32,000 nt of DNA from Desulfocapsa sulfexigens DSM 10523. Its GTDB lineage: Bacteria; Desulfobacterota; Desulfobulbia; Desulfobulbales; Desulfocapsaceae. The translations under genes and the position numbers were made by a program. Below the pieces are notes generated by a model. That model was not told the DNA's origin. It worked only from the letters and a program-made list of their open reading frames with translations, and did no database searches. Location: positions 3,600,001 to 3,632,000 of the forward strand of contig NC_020304.1 of NCBI RefSeq assembly GCF_000341395.1, written 5' to 3'. This document shows, in pieces, positions 1 through 9,344 of the stretch (position 1 is its first letter; each line of letters opens with the position of its first letter).

Positions 1-751
1 CCTGACCATACTCAGCCAACCCATTTTCGCGGATATCTGTTTCGCTGACGGTTGAAGCCAGGGGGAGCAGGAAAACCATCTGTTTTTTCTGACAGTTCTG
101 CTTCTGCAACCTTTGAGCAGTCTGCAGTAAAATCGGCAGAAGAGTCGCTATTTCCTTTCGCCTGCTGCCAGGTAACAAACCAATACAGAGATTTTCGGTG
201 TCGATAGTATGATTTTTACAAAACTCATCGCGCCCGGTGATGCTCTTCACAGTATCGAGTAAGGGATGGCCCACATATTCCGCTGTAAGACCATGACTGC
301 GAAAAAAATCCTGCTCAAAAGGGAGAATTACACCAATTTTGTCAACCCGTTCGCGAATGGTCTTTACCCGTCCGGAGCGCCAGGCCCACACCTGAGGTGT
401 GATATAATAAAAAACTGGAATACCAAGTTTTTTTGCAGACCTGGCAAGCATAAGGTTGAAATCAGGAAAATCAATAATGATAAGAAGAGCAGGACGTTCT
501 TCTTTAAGCGCTGTTCGTAATATTTTTCGTGCTGCAAGGATATCAGGAAGGTGAGTAAAAACTTCGGCAATCCCGACCACCGCAATTCTCTTCGCATCGA
601 ACAGGACATTCACTCCGGCAGCTATGAGTTCCTTACCACCCATCCCGGTGTAGCTGAGTTCGGGCCTTGCAGCCTGCATGGCCCTGACTAAATTTCCACC
701 ATGCAGGTCACCGGATGCCTCTCCGGCAATGATCATTACTCTGTTATTCAT
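1..751 (-). CDS. lpxB: Lipid-A-disaccharide synthase, N-terminal ~250 codons; the 3' end runs off the window
   Basis: Absent from the ORF track because it is open at the window edge. My translation of the minus strand from the ATG at 751..749 gives [26 protein letters not shown]...[46 protein letters not shown]...[12 protein letters not shown]. This carries the GEASGD, DFPDFN, PQVWAWR and LPGSR signatures of GT19 LpxB. The ATG directly abuts the upstream gene's stop (752..754). Confidence 0.9.
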   Translation of the reverse strand, partial: MNNRVMIIAGEASGDLHGGNLVRAMQAARPELSYTGMGGKELIAAGVNVLFDAKRIAVVGIAEVFTHLPDILAARKILRTALKEERPALLIIIDFPDFNLMLARSAKKLGIPVFYYITPQVWAWRSGRVKTIRERVDKIGVILPFEQDFFRSHGLTAEYVGHPLLDTVKSITGRDEFCKNHTIDTENLCIGLLPGSRRKEIATLLPILLQTAQRLQKQNCQKKQMVFLLPLASTVSETDIRENGLAEYGQ

Positions 752-1723
752 TTACCTTCCGGACATATCCTCTGCATACACCCCAAGTTTTTGATGATCC
801 TTTATCTGTTCAATCACCTGCAGGGCAACATCAAGCGCCCTCCGTCCTTCTTTTCCAGAAACAAGTGGAACGGTGCGGTTACGCACGTTTTCAACAAAAT
901 GCAGGATCTCAGAGTTTAAGGCATCCCCCTTGGGAAAAGTACTCACAACGATATCCTGTTTCGGCATACCGTTTGCCATAAATTCGTTCTTTTTCAGGTG
1001 TAATGTCGTAACCTTGCGATTGGCAAAGTCAACATTAATAAATGAACCAGGCTGGAAAATACGCATGCGCCGGGTGTTATTTCGTGAAATCCGTGAAACC
1101 GTAACATTTGCCGTAGCTCCATTCTCAAAGATAAGCCTGGCATTGGCAATATCCGTGAAATCGGTAACGACCGGAGCACCGACAGTATGAATTGTCTCCA
1201 GAGGAGATTTGATTATATTTAAGATGATATCAATATCATGAATCATGAGATCGAGTACAACATCCACATCAACGCCACGATTTTTGAAGGTGGAGATTCG
1301 CTGGGATTCTATAAACACAGGAACGGTAAGGGAGGGAAGCATTGCCTCCACTGCAGGATTAAAACGTTCAAGATGGCCGACCTGTAATATCAGATCATGT
1401 TCTGCAGCTTTCTCTATAATCTCATCAGCTTCAGCAACCGTGGTAGTGATGGGTTTCTCCATCAGCATATCCACACCAGCCTCAATGCAGTCAAGAGCAA
1501 CCGCATAATGATAACTTGTCGGTACTACGACTGAAACTGCATCAACAAGCTCTAACAACTCTCGATAATCGGTGAATGCAAGACAACCGTTCTCTTTGGC
1601 AATTGCCTGAGCAGCATCCGGGTCAATATCAGCGACACCGACAAGCTCTACATCCTCCATAGCCCTATATTTCTGAGCATGATACTTCCCTAAATACCCA
1701 ACCCCGATAACACCTGCTTTCAT
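752..1723 (-). CDS. Gfo/Idh/MocA-family NAD(P)-dependent oxidoreductase; possible GnnA-like UDP-GlcNAc 3-dehydrogenase (inference)
   Basis: 323-aa ORF. It has an N-terminal Rossmann motif (MKAGVIGVGYLGKYH) and the family EKP motif (LMEKPITT). An AAGGA Shine-Dalgarno lies upstream of the ATG at 1723. Its stop touches the lpxB start. Confidence 0.85.
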   Translation of the reverse strand: MKAGVIGVGYLGKYHAQKYRAMEDVELVGVADIDPDAAQAIAKENGCLAFTDYRELLELVDAVSVVVPTSYHYAVALDCIEAGVDMLMEKPITTTVAEADEIIEKAAEHDLILQVGHLERFNPAVEAMLPSLTVPVFIESQRISTFKNRGVDVDVVLDLMIHDIDIILNIIKSPLETIHTVGAPVVTDFTDIANARLIFENGATANVTVSRISRNNTRRMRIFQPGSFINVDFANRKVTTLHLKKNEFMANGMPKQDIVVSTFPKGDALNSEILHFVENVRNRTVPLVSGKEGRRALDVALQVIEQIKDHQKLGVYAEDMSGR

Positions 1724-1761
1724 ATTCGTTTATCCTTTATTCCTTCTCTCACGCAGATATA

Positions 1762-2475
1762 TCAGATTCCCAGGTAGGCTTTCTGTATATCCTGATTTTT
1801 TAGCAGGTTCTCGGCTGTGTCACTGATGGTAATATCACCATTTTCGATGACATACCCACGATCAGCAATATGCAGCGCCTGATTGGCATTTTGTTCCACC
1901 AGAAATATCGTCGTATTCTGTTCTTTGTTTATTTTCTTAACAATTTCAAAAATCTGCTTAATAATAAGTGGAGCCAGCCCCATTGACGGTTCATCGAGCA
2001 ACAGTAATTTAGGACGGGCCATGAGTGCTCGTGACATGGCAAGCATCTGCTGCTCACCACCGCTCAGGGTACCACCATCCTGCCCTCGCCTGTCTGCCAG
2101 AATTGGAAAAAGAGAAAACACATACTCAAGATCCTCTTTTATACCATCACTGTCATTTCGTAAAAAGGCTCCCATATCCAGGTTTTCCTGAACGGTGAGC
2201 GCAGGAAAGATATGACGCCCCTCTGGAACCTGACAGATTCCTTTTGCAACAAGTTTTTCAGGAGGAAGCCTATGAATGGGTTCACCTTCAAAAATAACTT
2301 TCCCTGAGCGTACCGGAACAATACCTGAAACTGCCATCAGTGTCGTGGACTTACCAGCACCATTTGCACCAATCAGGGTGATAATCTCCCCACGATTAAT
2401 TACAATATCAATATTATGGAGAACCTGGATATTCCCGTAGCCGGCGGTTATATTTCGCAATTCAAGCATCAACAT
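1762..2475 (-). CDS. livF: Branched-chain amino acid ABC transporter ATP-binding protein (LivF type)
   Basis: 237 aa with Walker A GANGAGKST, signature LSGGEQQML and Walker B LLLLDEPS. The ELRNITAGYGNIQVLHNIDI N-terminus is typical of LivF. It overlaps the livG stop. Confidence 0.93.
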   Translation of the reverse strand: MLMLELRNITAGYGNIQVLHNIDIVINRGEIITLIGANGAGKSTTLMAVSGIVPVRSGKVIFEGEPIHRLPPEKLVAKGICQVPEGRHIFPALTVQENLDMGAFLRNDSDGIKEDLEYVFSLFPILADRRGQDGGTLSGGEQQMLAMSRALMARPKLLLLDEPSMGLAPLIIKQIFEIVKKINKEQNTTIFLVEQNANQALHIADRGYVIENGDITISDTAENLLKNQDIQKAYLGI

Positions 2476-3253
2476 CCTCCCCGAGATAGGCTTTAATCAC
2501 GGCTGGATTGGAACGTACCTCTTCGGGGGTACCCTGCGCAATCTTTTTTCCATAATCCATGACAAAAATCCTATCAGACAAACTCATCACCAGTTTCATA
2601 TCATGCTCGATAAGAAGAATGGAATGCCCTTCTTTGCAGATTGCCTTTATCAGGGTTACCAGAGCTTCGGTTTCCTGAGGATTCATTCCAGCTGCCGGTT
2701 CATCGAGCAGGAGCAGAAAAGGCTCGGTGGCGAGAGCTCGTCCAATTTCAAGACGGCGCTGAGCACCATAGGAAAGATTTCTGGCCTCTTCATTCGCCTG
2801 ACGATGTAGGCCAACCTTTTTCAGAAGCCCACGACTGGTATCCACAATTTCCTCTTCTTCACGTCTGGTCGCTGGTCCTCGGAATATAGCACCCAATATT
2901 AATGCTTTTGTTCGGCAATGTCTGCCAATCATCACATTTTCAAGTACACTCATACTAGGAAAGAGACGAATATTCTGAAACGTCCTGGCCATCCCAATTT
3001 TTGTTATATTATTGGGCTTCATACCATTCAACCTGGTTTTCTTTCCAGTCTCAGGATTACGCAAATAAATATCGCCTGCAGTCGGAGTATAAATACCTGT
3101 TAAACAGTTAAAAAATGTGGTTTTCCCAGCACCATTAGGGCCGATCAGGGCCACGATTTCACCAGGATGAATATCAAGATCAATCTTATCTATAGCCTTG
3201 ATGCCCCCAAAGTTTTTGGTCAGGCCGCTTACTTGTAATATTGCTTCACTCAT
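2462..3253 (-). CDS. livG: Branched-chain amino acid ABC transporter ATP-binding protein (LivG type)
   Basis: Walker A GPNGAGKTT, signature LSYGAQRRLEI, Walker B LLLLDEPAAG, and the LivG-specific C-terminal AVIKAYLG. The ORF track starts at a GTG at 3268. The ATG at 3253 (MSEAILQVSGL) fits homolog N-termini better. Confidence 0.92.
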   Translation of the reverse strand: MSEAILQVSGLTKNFGGIKAIDKIDLDIHPGEIVALIGPNGAGKTTFFNCLTGIYTPTAGDIYLRNPETGKKTRLNGMKPNNITKIGMARTFQNIRLFPSMSVLENVMIGRHCRTKALILGAIFRGPATRREEEEIVDTSRGLLKKVGLHRQANEEARNLSYGAQRRLEIGRALATEPFLLLLDEPAAGMNPQETEALVTLIKAICKEGHSILLIEHDMKLVMSLSDRIFVMDYGKKIAQGTPEEVRSNPAVIKAYLGEDVDA

Positions 3254-3260
3254 GGCTGAC

Positions 3261-4481
3261 TCACTCACTTATGGTGGACTGTTTTTTAAACCGATAACTG
3301 CGCCTGACATTGGAAATAATGCCATCCGGCTTAAAGACCATCATTACAACCAGAATTCCACCAAAGGCAAGCATACGATACTCGGAGAGGGCACGTAAAT
3401 ACTCGGGCATCAGGATCAAAATAAGTGCTCCGAAGATGACCCCGACAATGGACCCCATACCACCCAGAACGACGATGGAGAGAATGATTGCTGACTCCAG
3501 AAAGGTAAAACTTGCAGGATTGACGAAGGTTGTTTTGGCCGCAAAAATAACTCCGACAATACCGGCCCAGAAAGCGCCAAGACTAAAGGCAATGAGTTTT
3601 GTCTTGGTTTTGTCGATGCCCATGGCCTGGCAGGCGATCTCATCTTCACGCAGCGCAAGCCACGCCCGCCCAAGACGTGAATCCTGAAGCCTGTTGACCA
3701 CGAAAATCGTAAAAATAACCAGTGCAACAACTATATAATAGATATAGATGATACCTGATTCAAAATTCATATCCATGCCAAAAAAACTTGGACGGGGAAT
3801 ATTGGCAATGCCACTGGGCCCACTGGAAAAGTCATTCCAGTTTTCAAGAATAAGTCGAATTATTTCACCAAACCCCAGGGTAACAATGGCAAGATAATCG
3901 CCGCGCAAACGAAGTACTGGAAAACCCAGAAGAATACCTAGAAAAGCAGCAAATAAACCACCAATTGGCAGAACGGCCCAGAACCCCATACCAAAGTGGA
4001 GATTCAGCAAAGCATAACTGTAGGCCCCGACGGCATAGAAAGCAACATAGCCAAGGTCGAGTAACCCGGCAACTCCGACCACAATATTCAATCCCAGTCC
4101 TAGCACCACGTACATGAGTGCAGTGGTCATGATATTGGTTTGGTACGTGGAAAAGAAATAGGGAAAAGCAACCGCAAACACCAGAACTGCAAGACACAAG
4201 GGGTAGAGAAAGCGTGGTTCCCTCAAAATTCGATGCACAAAAGGCTCGTTGACAACCTTAATTACTTTTTTACGGCCGGAAAGGCGCTCTTTACGAAGAA
4301 GATATACCTTAGCCAGAATAGATATGACAAAACTGCCGAGTGCAATAAAAAACATGTTATCCCAGCGCCAGTCAACAGTTCGCTCAATGGGATTGACCTT
4401 TATCACCATAATTGGAAAAGTGAGAAAGGCAAACCAGAGTGAGATAAGGGCCGATCGTTTAAGTTCTTTTACAGGAAACAT
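3261..4481 (-). CDS. livM: Branched-chain amino acid ABC transporter permease (LivM type)
   Basis: 406 aa, strongly hydrophobic and multi-TM. It contains LGLNIVVGVAGLLDLGYVAFYAVGAY and RLGRAWLALREDEIA motifs typical of LivM. It sits between livH and livG. Confidence 0.92.
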   Translation of the reverse strand: MFPVKELKRSALISLWFAFLTFPIMVIKVNPIERTVDWRWDNMFFIALGSFVISILAKVYLLRKERLSGRKKVIKVVNEPFVHRILREPRFLYPLCLAVLVFAVAFPYFFSTYQTNIMTTALMYVVLGLGLNIVVGVAGLLDLGYVAFYAVGAYSYALLNLHFGMGFWAVLPIGGLFAAFLGILLGFPVLRLRGDYLAIVTLGFGEIIRLILENWNDFSSGPSGIANIPRPSFFGMDMNFESGIIYIYYIVVALVIFTIFVVNRLQDSRLGRAWLALREDEIACQAMGIDKTKTKLIAFSLGAFWAGIVGVIFAAKTTFVNPASFTFLESAIILSIVVLGGMGSIVGVIFGALILILMPEYLRALSEYRMLAFGGILVVMMVFKPDGIISNVRRSYRFKKQSTISE

Positions 4482-4493
4482 ACATATACCAGG

Positions 4494-5396
4494 TTACACT
4501 TTCTTGGTTTCAGCCTTACCGAGAAGCCCGGAAGGTTTAAAAATGAGGATCAACACCAACAGCGAAAAGGCAAAAACATCTTCATAGTCAGAAGAGACAT
4601 AGCCTGTTGCAAAACTCTCGGTCAGACCAAGGACAAGACTGCCAAGCACAGCACCAGGAATAGAACCAATTCCACCAAGTACCGCGGCGGTAAAGGCCTT
4701 GATCCCTGCAATAAAACCGATATAGAAATTGATCTGACCAATGTGAGAGGCAATAAGCATCCCCCCAATGGCAGCAAGTGCCGAACCTATAACAAAAGTG
4801 GCTGAGATCACGCGATCCACATTAATTCCCACAAGCACCGCCATGGTCTTATCCTGGGCTGTGGCACGCATGGCCTTTCCAATCTTGGTAAACTTAATAA
4901 GAAAAGTAAGCCCGATCATTACCAGCGCTGTCGTTACAAGAATTACGAGATCAGAAGAACCGACAATATGAGCCACCGGCTCCATAAAGGGAAAGTCAGG
5001 AATAAGCTCTGGGAATGGGAGAAAATCCGAGGTCTGGGCAAGTAAAACATAGTTTTGCAGGAATATGGACATTCCAATGGCACTGATCAGCGGAGCAAGC
5101 CGTGGTGCCTTGCGCAGGGGACGATAGGCAAGTTTCTCAACGGTAAATCCGTAGGCACTGGACCAGACAGCAGCGGCAAGGCCTGCAATAATGACAATTG
5201 ACAGTAGGGGAAACCCATAAATGGAGAGGACCGTGGCGATGATAAAGGATGTAAAAGCCCCTATCATATAAATCTCACCATGAGCAAAGTTAATAAGACC
5301 AATAATACCGTAGACCATGGTATAGCCAAGGGCGATCAGGGCATAAATAGAGCCCCTGGTCAGTCCGCCGAAAAAAAGTTCAATAAAATAATCCAT
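4494..5396 (-). CDS. livH: Branched-chain amino acid ABC transporter permease (LivH type)
   Basis: Multi-TM protein with the GSIYALIALGYTMVYGIIGLINFAHGE motif. The track start at 5417 is a TTG. The ATG at 5396 (MDYFIELFFGG) matches LivH N-termini. Confidence 0.9.
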   Translation of the reverse strand: MDYFIELFFGGLTRGSIYALIALGYTMVYGIIGLINFAHGEIYMIGAFTSFIIATVLSIYGFPLLSIVIIAGLAAAVWSSAYGFTVEKLAYRPLRKAPRLAPLISAIGMSIFLQNYVLLAQTSDFLPFPELIPDFPFMEPVAHIVGSSDLVILVTTALVMIGLTFLIKFTKIGKAMRATAQDKTMAVLVGINVDRVISATFVIGSALAAIGGMLIASHIGQINFYIGFIAGIKAFTAAVLGGIGSIPGAVLGSLVLGLTESFATGYVSSDYEDVFAFSLLVLILIFKPSGLLGKAETKKV

Positions 5397-5414
5397 ATTG
5401 TATTCAGACCGCAG

Positions 5415-5455
5415 CAAAAAGAAGCGCCTGGAACAAATTTACTCTGTTCCAGGCG
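5415..5455 (-). terminator. Intra-operon hairpin and U-rich tract between livJ and livH (partial terminator/attenuator)
   Basis: A perfect 11-bp stem, cgcctggaaca (5425..5435) with tgttccaggcg (5445..5455), encloses a 9-nt loop. On the minus strand it is followed by cuucuuuuug. This is the common arrangement that gives excess binding-protein transcript. Confidence 0.6.
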
Positions 5456-5488
5456 TGAACCAACTCATACAAACAACAAGTGTTCTCG

Positions 5489-6619
5489 TTATTCTACTAC
5501 TACATACTTACCATCTTTTACAACATACATTACGAAACCAACTCCAACAGCATCGCCCTTGGCATCAAAATGAATGTTTCCAACGGGAGTTGCAACTGTT
5601 TCTGTCTGCAGAGCTTTCACAACAGCAGCGCTATCGGTGGTTCCTGCCTTTTCAATAGCATTCAAAAGAGCAAGAGCGGCAGAGTAGGCGTTCTCAAAAA
5701 AGGCGCCAGGGTCTTCATTGTAAGCTTTCTTGTGAGCTTCAATGGCAGCAATAGCAACGGGATTGGCTGAATTATCCTGTGGACCTGATGCGTAAACACC
5801 TTCAGCATTGTCACCGGCTACTTTGATAAAGGTATCGTCCTTTACACCATCATCAGAAACGAAGGGAATATCCATACGTTTCTTTTTCATCATGGAAACA
5901 ATTTTAGAAGCTTCAGGGTGGTATCCACCAAATATCACAGCATCGGCACCTGTACGTTTAATTTTCTGTACAATTGCAGTGTAATCCACGGCACCTGGAG
6001 TCACACCTTCAAAAAGTGCAACCTCAGCCTTTCCGGATGCTTTCACGAGTCCCTCTGCAATCTCAGCGAGTCCCTTACCATAATCACCCTTATCATGAAT
6101 AACGGCAATTTTCTTGGCACCGAGGGTTCCAATGGTGAAATCAACCATGGCCTCTGCCTGAGCATCATCGGGGGCTATTGTTCTGAAAAAATTAGAATAG
6201 TCACCGGATTTGGTTAAATCAACGGCAGTGGCGGAAGGAGACATGACTATAACGCCAGCCTCTTTATAGATTGGAAGAGCAGCTTTGGTAGCGCCTGAGC
6301 AGATATGACCGAGTACAACATCGACACCATCTGTGACGAGCTTTGTTGCAGTGTTAGTTGCAACTTCCGGCTTACAGACATCATCTTCAATCAAAAGCTC
6401 AACTTTATTACCATTTATTCCGCCTTTTGCGTTGTATTGTTCAACTACAAGCTCAGCAGCTTTAACTGTTGGAAGACCATAGGAAGCGAGATCGCCACTT
6501 TGGGCACCGGCAACACCGAGTTTAATTGTGTCTCCAGCAATACCAGCAGCTGGTATGGCCATGGCAAAGCCTAAGGCAACGGTTGCAACAAACAATTTTT
6601 TCTTCAATCCAAAATGCAT
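5489..6619 (-). CDS. livJ: Branched-chain amino acid ABC transporter periplasmic substrate-binding protein (LivJ/K family)
   Basis: Signal peptide MHFGLKKKLFVATVALGFAMAIPAAG, then IKLGVAGAQSGDLASYG, typical of Peripla_BP_6. The track start at 6631 is a TTG. The ATG at 6619 is preceded by a GGAGA Shine-Dalgarno. Confidence 0.92.
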   Translation of the reverse strand: MHFGLKKKLFVATVALGFAMAIPAAGIAGDTIKLGVAGAQSGDLASYGLPTVKAAELVVEQYNAKGGINGNKVELLIEDDVCKPEVATNTATKLVTDGVDVVLGHICSGATKAALPIYKEAGVIVMSPSATAVDLTKSGDYSNFFRTIAPDDAQAEAMVDFTIGTLGAKKIAVIHDKGDYGKGLAEIAEGLVKASGKAEVALFEGVTPGAVDYTAIVQKIKRTGADAVIFGGYHPEASKIVSMMKKKRMDIPFVSDDGVKDDTFIKVAGDNAEGVYASGPQDNSANPVAIAAIEAHKKAYNEDPGAFFENAYSAALALLNAIEKAGTTDSAAVVKALQTETVATPVGNIHFDAKGDAVGVGFVMYVVKDGKYVVVE

Positions 6620-6849
6620 TGTCTTCTCCAAAAATTAGAAATTTGATCTTTACCCGTCCAATGCCATTAACAAACAAAAGCAGTTTGACATAAAATAGGG
6701 CTGGAACTCTCCATAAATGTTAGTATCATTATCACGTCGTTTAGTCAAAAAAAAGAAATCGAGAATAATAGCAATCATTAAAAAGTCACGTCTTTTTTTG
6801 ATTTTTTTCTCATAAGAATTGCTACCAAATTGTCCCTTCGCTCAAGCAT

Positions 6850-7908
6850 ATGTCACAGAAATTTTCCAGCCTCTATTTTTTTGGTCGTCCCTTCAGTCCT
6901 CTGTACAGCGGAATCATGAAGATAAGAGAGTCTCTTTATCTCAGAGGAATAAAGAGGCGTTATACATTTGACGTTCCGGTAATATCAGTTGGTAACCTCA
7001 CAATGGGGGGAACCGGCAAAACACCCGTTGTTGGAATGCTTGCCTCACTGCTTTTCAAGAGAGGGTTCAAACCCGCTATTATCTCAAGAGGATACGGTGG
7101 TGGAGCCGACAGCAGGGTCAATGTGGTATCGGACGGCAAAGAGACATTCCTGGATGCCAAAGCTGCAGGTGATGAACCTTGTTTCCTTGCATCATCACTC
7201 CCGGGCGTACCGGTGCTCACAGGAATAGTCAGAGCCCTTCCCTGTCGTCATGCCATTGAGAAACTGGGCTGCAATGTTCTTATTCTCGACGATGGCTTTC
7301 AGCACATGTCTGTCCGGCGTGACCTTGATCTTGTTCTTTTCAGTGCTGCCAAGCTTGCCGGAAACAGCAGAGTATTCCCAGGAGGTGACTTACGTGAGCC
7401 TGTAAGTGCCCTAAAAAGATGTCATGCATTTATGATCACCGGAATAACCGAAGTATTACAGGAACGAGCTGAAAAATTTGCTGAACTTTTACAACGAAGA
7501 TTCCCGGGAAAACCGGTCTTCTTCACTTCTTACCAGGCCATAGGGGCGACATCACTGAAAGAGAGGCAAGACCAGGAAATTTCTACTCTCCCCTCTCCCC
7601 TCTTTGGATTTTGCGGGATTGCCCAGCCTGAGCTCTTCAAGGAAACCCTTACGAAAAATGGTATCTCACCTGCCGGTTTCATGCCCTTAAAGGATCACCA
7701 GCCATTCACTCCTTCTTTGATAAAAAAGATTGAACACCAGGCTGAACAATGCAACGCCAGGGGATTGATCACCACGGAAAAAGATCTTGTCAAACTGGCT
7801 CCAGACAGTTTTCAACTTCCTTGCTTCGGGCTCAAAATGAAAGTGAAAGCTGAACCTGAATTTGAAACATTTCTTAAGGAAATCCTTCCCGACACCCTTC
7901 TAAACTAA
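6850..7908 (+). CDS. lpxK: Tetraacyldisaccharide 4'-kinase
   Basis: 352 aa with the P-loop VISVGNLTMGGTGKTP, ISRGYGG and LILDDGFQH motifs characteristic of LpxK. Confidence 0.93.
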   Translation: MSQKFSSLYFFGRPFSPLYSGIMKIRESLYLRGIKRRYTFDVPVISVGNLTMGGTGKTPVVGMLASLLFKRGFKPAIISRGYGGGADSRVNVVSDGKETFLDAKAAGDEPCFLASSLPGVPVLTGIVRALPCRHAIEKLGCNVLILDDGFQHMSVRRDLDLVLFSAAKLAGNSRVFPGGDLREPVSALKRCHAFMITGITEVLQERAEKFAELLQRRFPGKPVFFTSYQAIGATSLKERQDQEISTLPSPLFGFCGIAQPELFKETLTKNGISPAGFMPLKDHQPFTPSLIKKIEHQAEQCNARGLITTEKDLVKLAPDSFQLPCFGLKMKVKAEPEFETFLKEILPDTLLN

Positions 7909-7998
7909 TCTAAAAGCTCTCTGACTCTCTGGCTTTTGCGAAAGAACAACTCCACCTCAAAAAAGATGTCTTTTTTCACTCAGTTGTGTCATTTGGAA

Positions 7999-8014
7999 CA
8001 CAGGCATGCCTGTG
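7999..8014. promoter_or_regulatory. Perfect 16-bp palindrome CACAGGCATGCCTGTG; candidate upstream activator/enhancer-binding-protein site
   Basis: Read directly from the sequence. It lies about 100 bp upstream of the sigma-54-like element at 8101..8116, in the lpxK-lpxC intergenic region. Confidence 0.35.
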
Positions 8015-8100
8015 AGCGTCAAAAAACACACACCAATCTATCTTGTTGTTTTTATGACATATCAATTTAAAAAAGCCTCAAAATAACGCCAATCTGGTCG

Positions 8101-8116
8101 TGGTACGTTTTTTGCA
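8101..8116 (+). promoter_or_regulatory. Candidate sigma-54 (-24/-12) promoter upstream of lpxC
   Basis: TGGTACG-tttt-TTGCA compared with the consensus TGGCACG-N4-TTGCW: one mismatch, correct GG/GC spacing. It lies about 59 nt upstream of the lpxC ATG. Confidence 0.5.
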
Positions 8117-8174
8117 TAACAATTTGCAGAACTTAAACAAAAAACTGTATTCTATTCACATATAAGGATTTACA

Positions 8175-9182
8175 ATGACCTCAATTTCACTCAATCCGCA
8201 TCAGCATACATTGAAAAAATCGGTAAGCTGTTATGGAGTTGGGTTGCATTCCGGCGACCCGGTGACGCTTACCATCAGACCAGCCTCCGAGAATTCCGGG
8301 ATTCGTTTTTTTCGCATCGACCTTGACGATAAGCAGGGTATTCCTGCTCATATGGATAAAGTAGTGGATACCAGACTGGCTACCACCATTGCAGACAAGG
8401 AAAAATACGTTTCAACTACTGAGCATATCATGGCTGCCCTTCAAGGCTACGGTGTTGATAATGCCACGATTGAACTTGATGGTGCAGAAGTACCCATTAT
8501 GGATGGCAGTGCAGGTCCTTTTATGCTCCTTCTGAAAAAAGCTGGCCTCAAAAAACAGAGGGCCATGCGAAAAGTCCTCCGCATCACCAAAAAAATTGTT
8601 TTCACTTCAGGCGACACAGAGATCAAGATTCTTCCCTACGAAGGCTTTAAGGTCAGCGGCGAAATTCATTTTGATGCCCCTATTATTAAAACCCAATCCT
8701 ACTCCATTGATCTCACCTCTGAGAAATTTGCCAAAGAAATTTCCCGTGCCAGAACATTCGGCTATGTTGAACAGGTTGAAGAACTCTGGGCAAACGGACT
8801 GGCTCAGGGAGGAAACCTCGACAACGTCATCGCCATTCACTGGGACAGGAACACCATCCTCAATGAAGGCGGGTTACGCTTTGCTGACGAATTCATTCGC
8901 CACAAAGTTCTTGATCTTATCGGTGACCTTGCCCTGCTCGGTTGCCCCATACTTGGTCACGTGATAGCCTCCCGTTGCGGACATACTCAGCATCTCGGTT
9001 TCTTGATGGCCCTCGTACAGGCTGCAGACTGCTGGGAAATTGTGGAGCTTGAAACCAAAGGCGGTCAATCGGTATTTCATCAGGTTGCATCAACAACCAA
9101 GGCGATGAGCAAACAAATCATTCCGCTTATTGTCCCGCAACCACTCAACCCTGCAAATAATGTCGCCAGCGCATCCTGCTGA
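8175..9182 (+). CDS. lpxC: UDP-3-O-acyl-N-acetylglucosamine deacetylase
   Basis: 335 aa with the VSCYGVGLHSGDPVTLTIRPA N-terminus, TTEHIMAAL, FIRHKVLDLIGDLALLG and CGHTQH motifs of LpxC. An AAGGA Shine-Dalgarno is present. It has a roughly 40-aa C-terminal tail beyond the conserved core. Confidence 0.93.
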   Translation: MTSISLNPHQHTLKKSVSCYGVGLHSGDPVTLTIRPASENSGIRFFRIDLDDKQGIPAHMDKVVDTRLATTIADKEKYVSTTEHIMAALQGYGVDNATIELDGAEVPIMDGSAGPFMLLLKKAGLKKQRAMRKVLRITKKIVFTSGDTEIKILPYEGFKVSGEIHFDAPIIKTQSYSIDLTSEKFAKEISRARTFGYVEQVEELWANGLAQGGNLDNVIAIHWDRNTILNEGGLRFADEFIRHKVLDLIGDLALLGCPILGHVIASRCGHTQHLGFLMALVQAADCWEIVELETKGGQSVFHQVASTTKAMSKQIIPLIVPQPLNPANNVASASC

Positions 9183-9197
9183 TTGCACACGACCTTA

Positions 9198-9222
9198 CTC
9201 CCTGTATAATAGATACAGGGAG
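9198..9222. terminator. Perfect 10-bp hairpin downstream of lpxC, without a clear U-tract
   Basis: ctccctgtat-aatag-atacagggag. It sits between the lpxC stop and the yjbQ-remnant stop, so it may be a relic shared convergent terminator. Confidence 0.45.
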
Positions 9223-9230
9223 AGTTCTAT

Positions 9231-9296
9231 CTATTCACCTATAATTTTCACCAATACTCGTTTCTTGCGTCTCCCTGCAAATTCACCATAAAAATT
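9231..9296 (-). pseudogene. Relic of the last ~20 codons of a yjbQ-type gene (duplicate of 12659..12724)
   Basis: The minus strand reads [20 protein letters not shown]-stop, against [20 protein letters not shown]-stop at the end of the intact gene. There are about 5 nucleotide mismatches over about 63 nt. No upstream ORF is attached. Confidence 0.85.
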
Positions 9297-9344
9297 TATT
9301 TGTTTCACATATTACACGTGAGTCATGCTGTTTTTTTATTAGCG

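Noticed and set aside
266-919. Plus- and minus-strand ORFs in the track (266..520, 364..609, 701..919)
   Set aside because: They lie inside or opposite the lpxB reading frame, which has clear family motifs. These are shadow ORFs with no motifs or Shine-Dalgarno.
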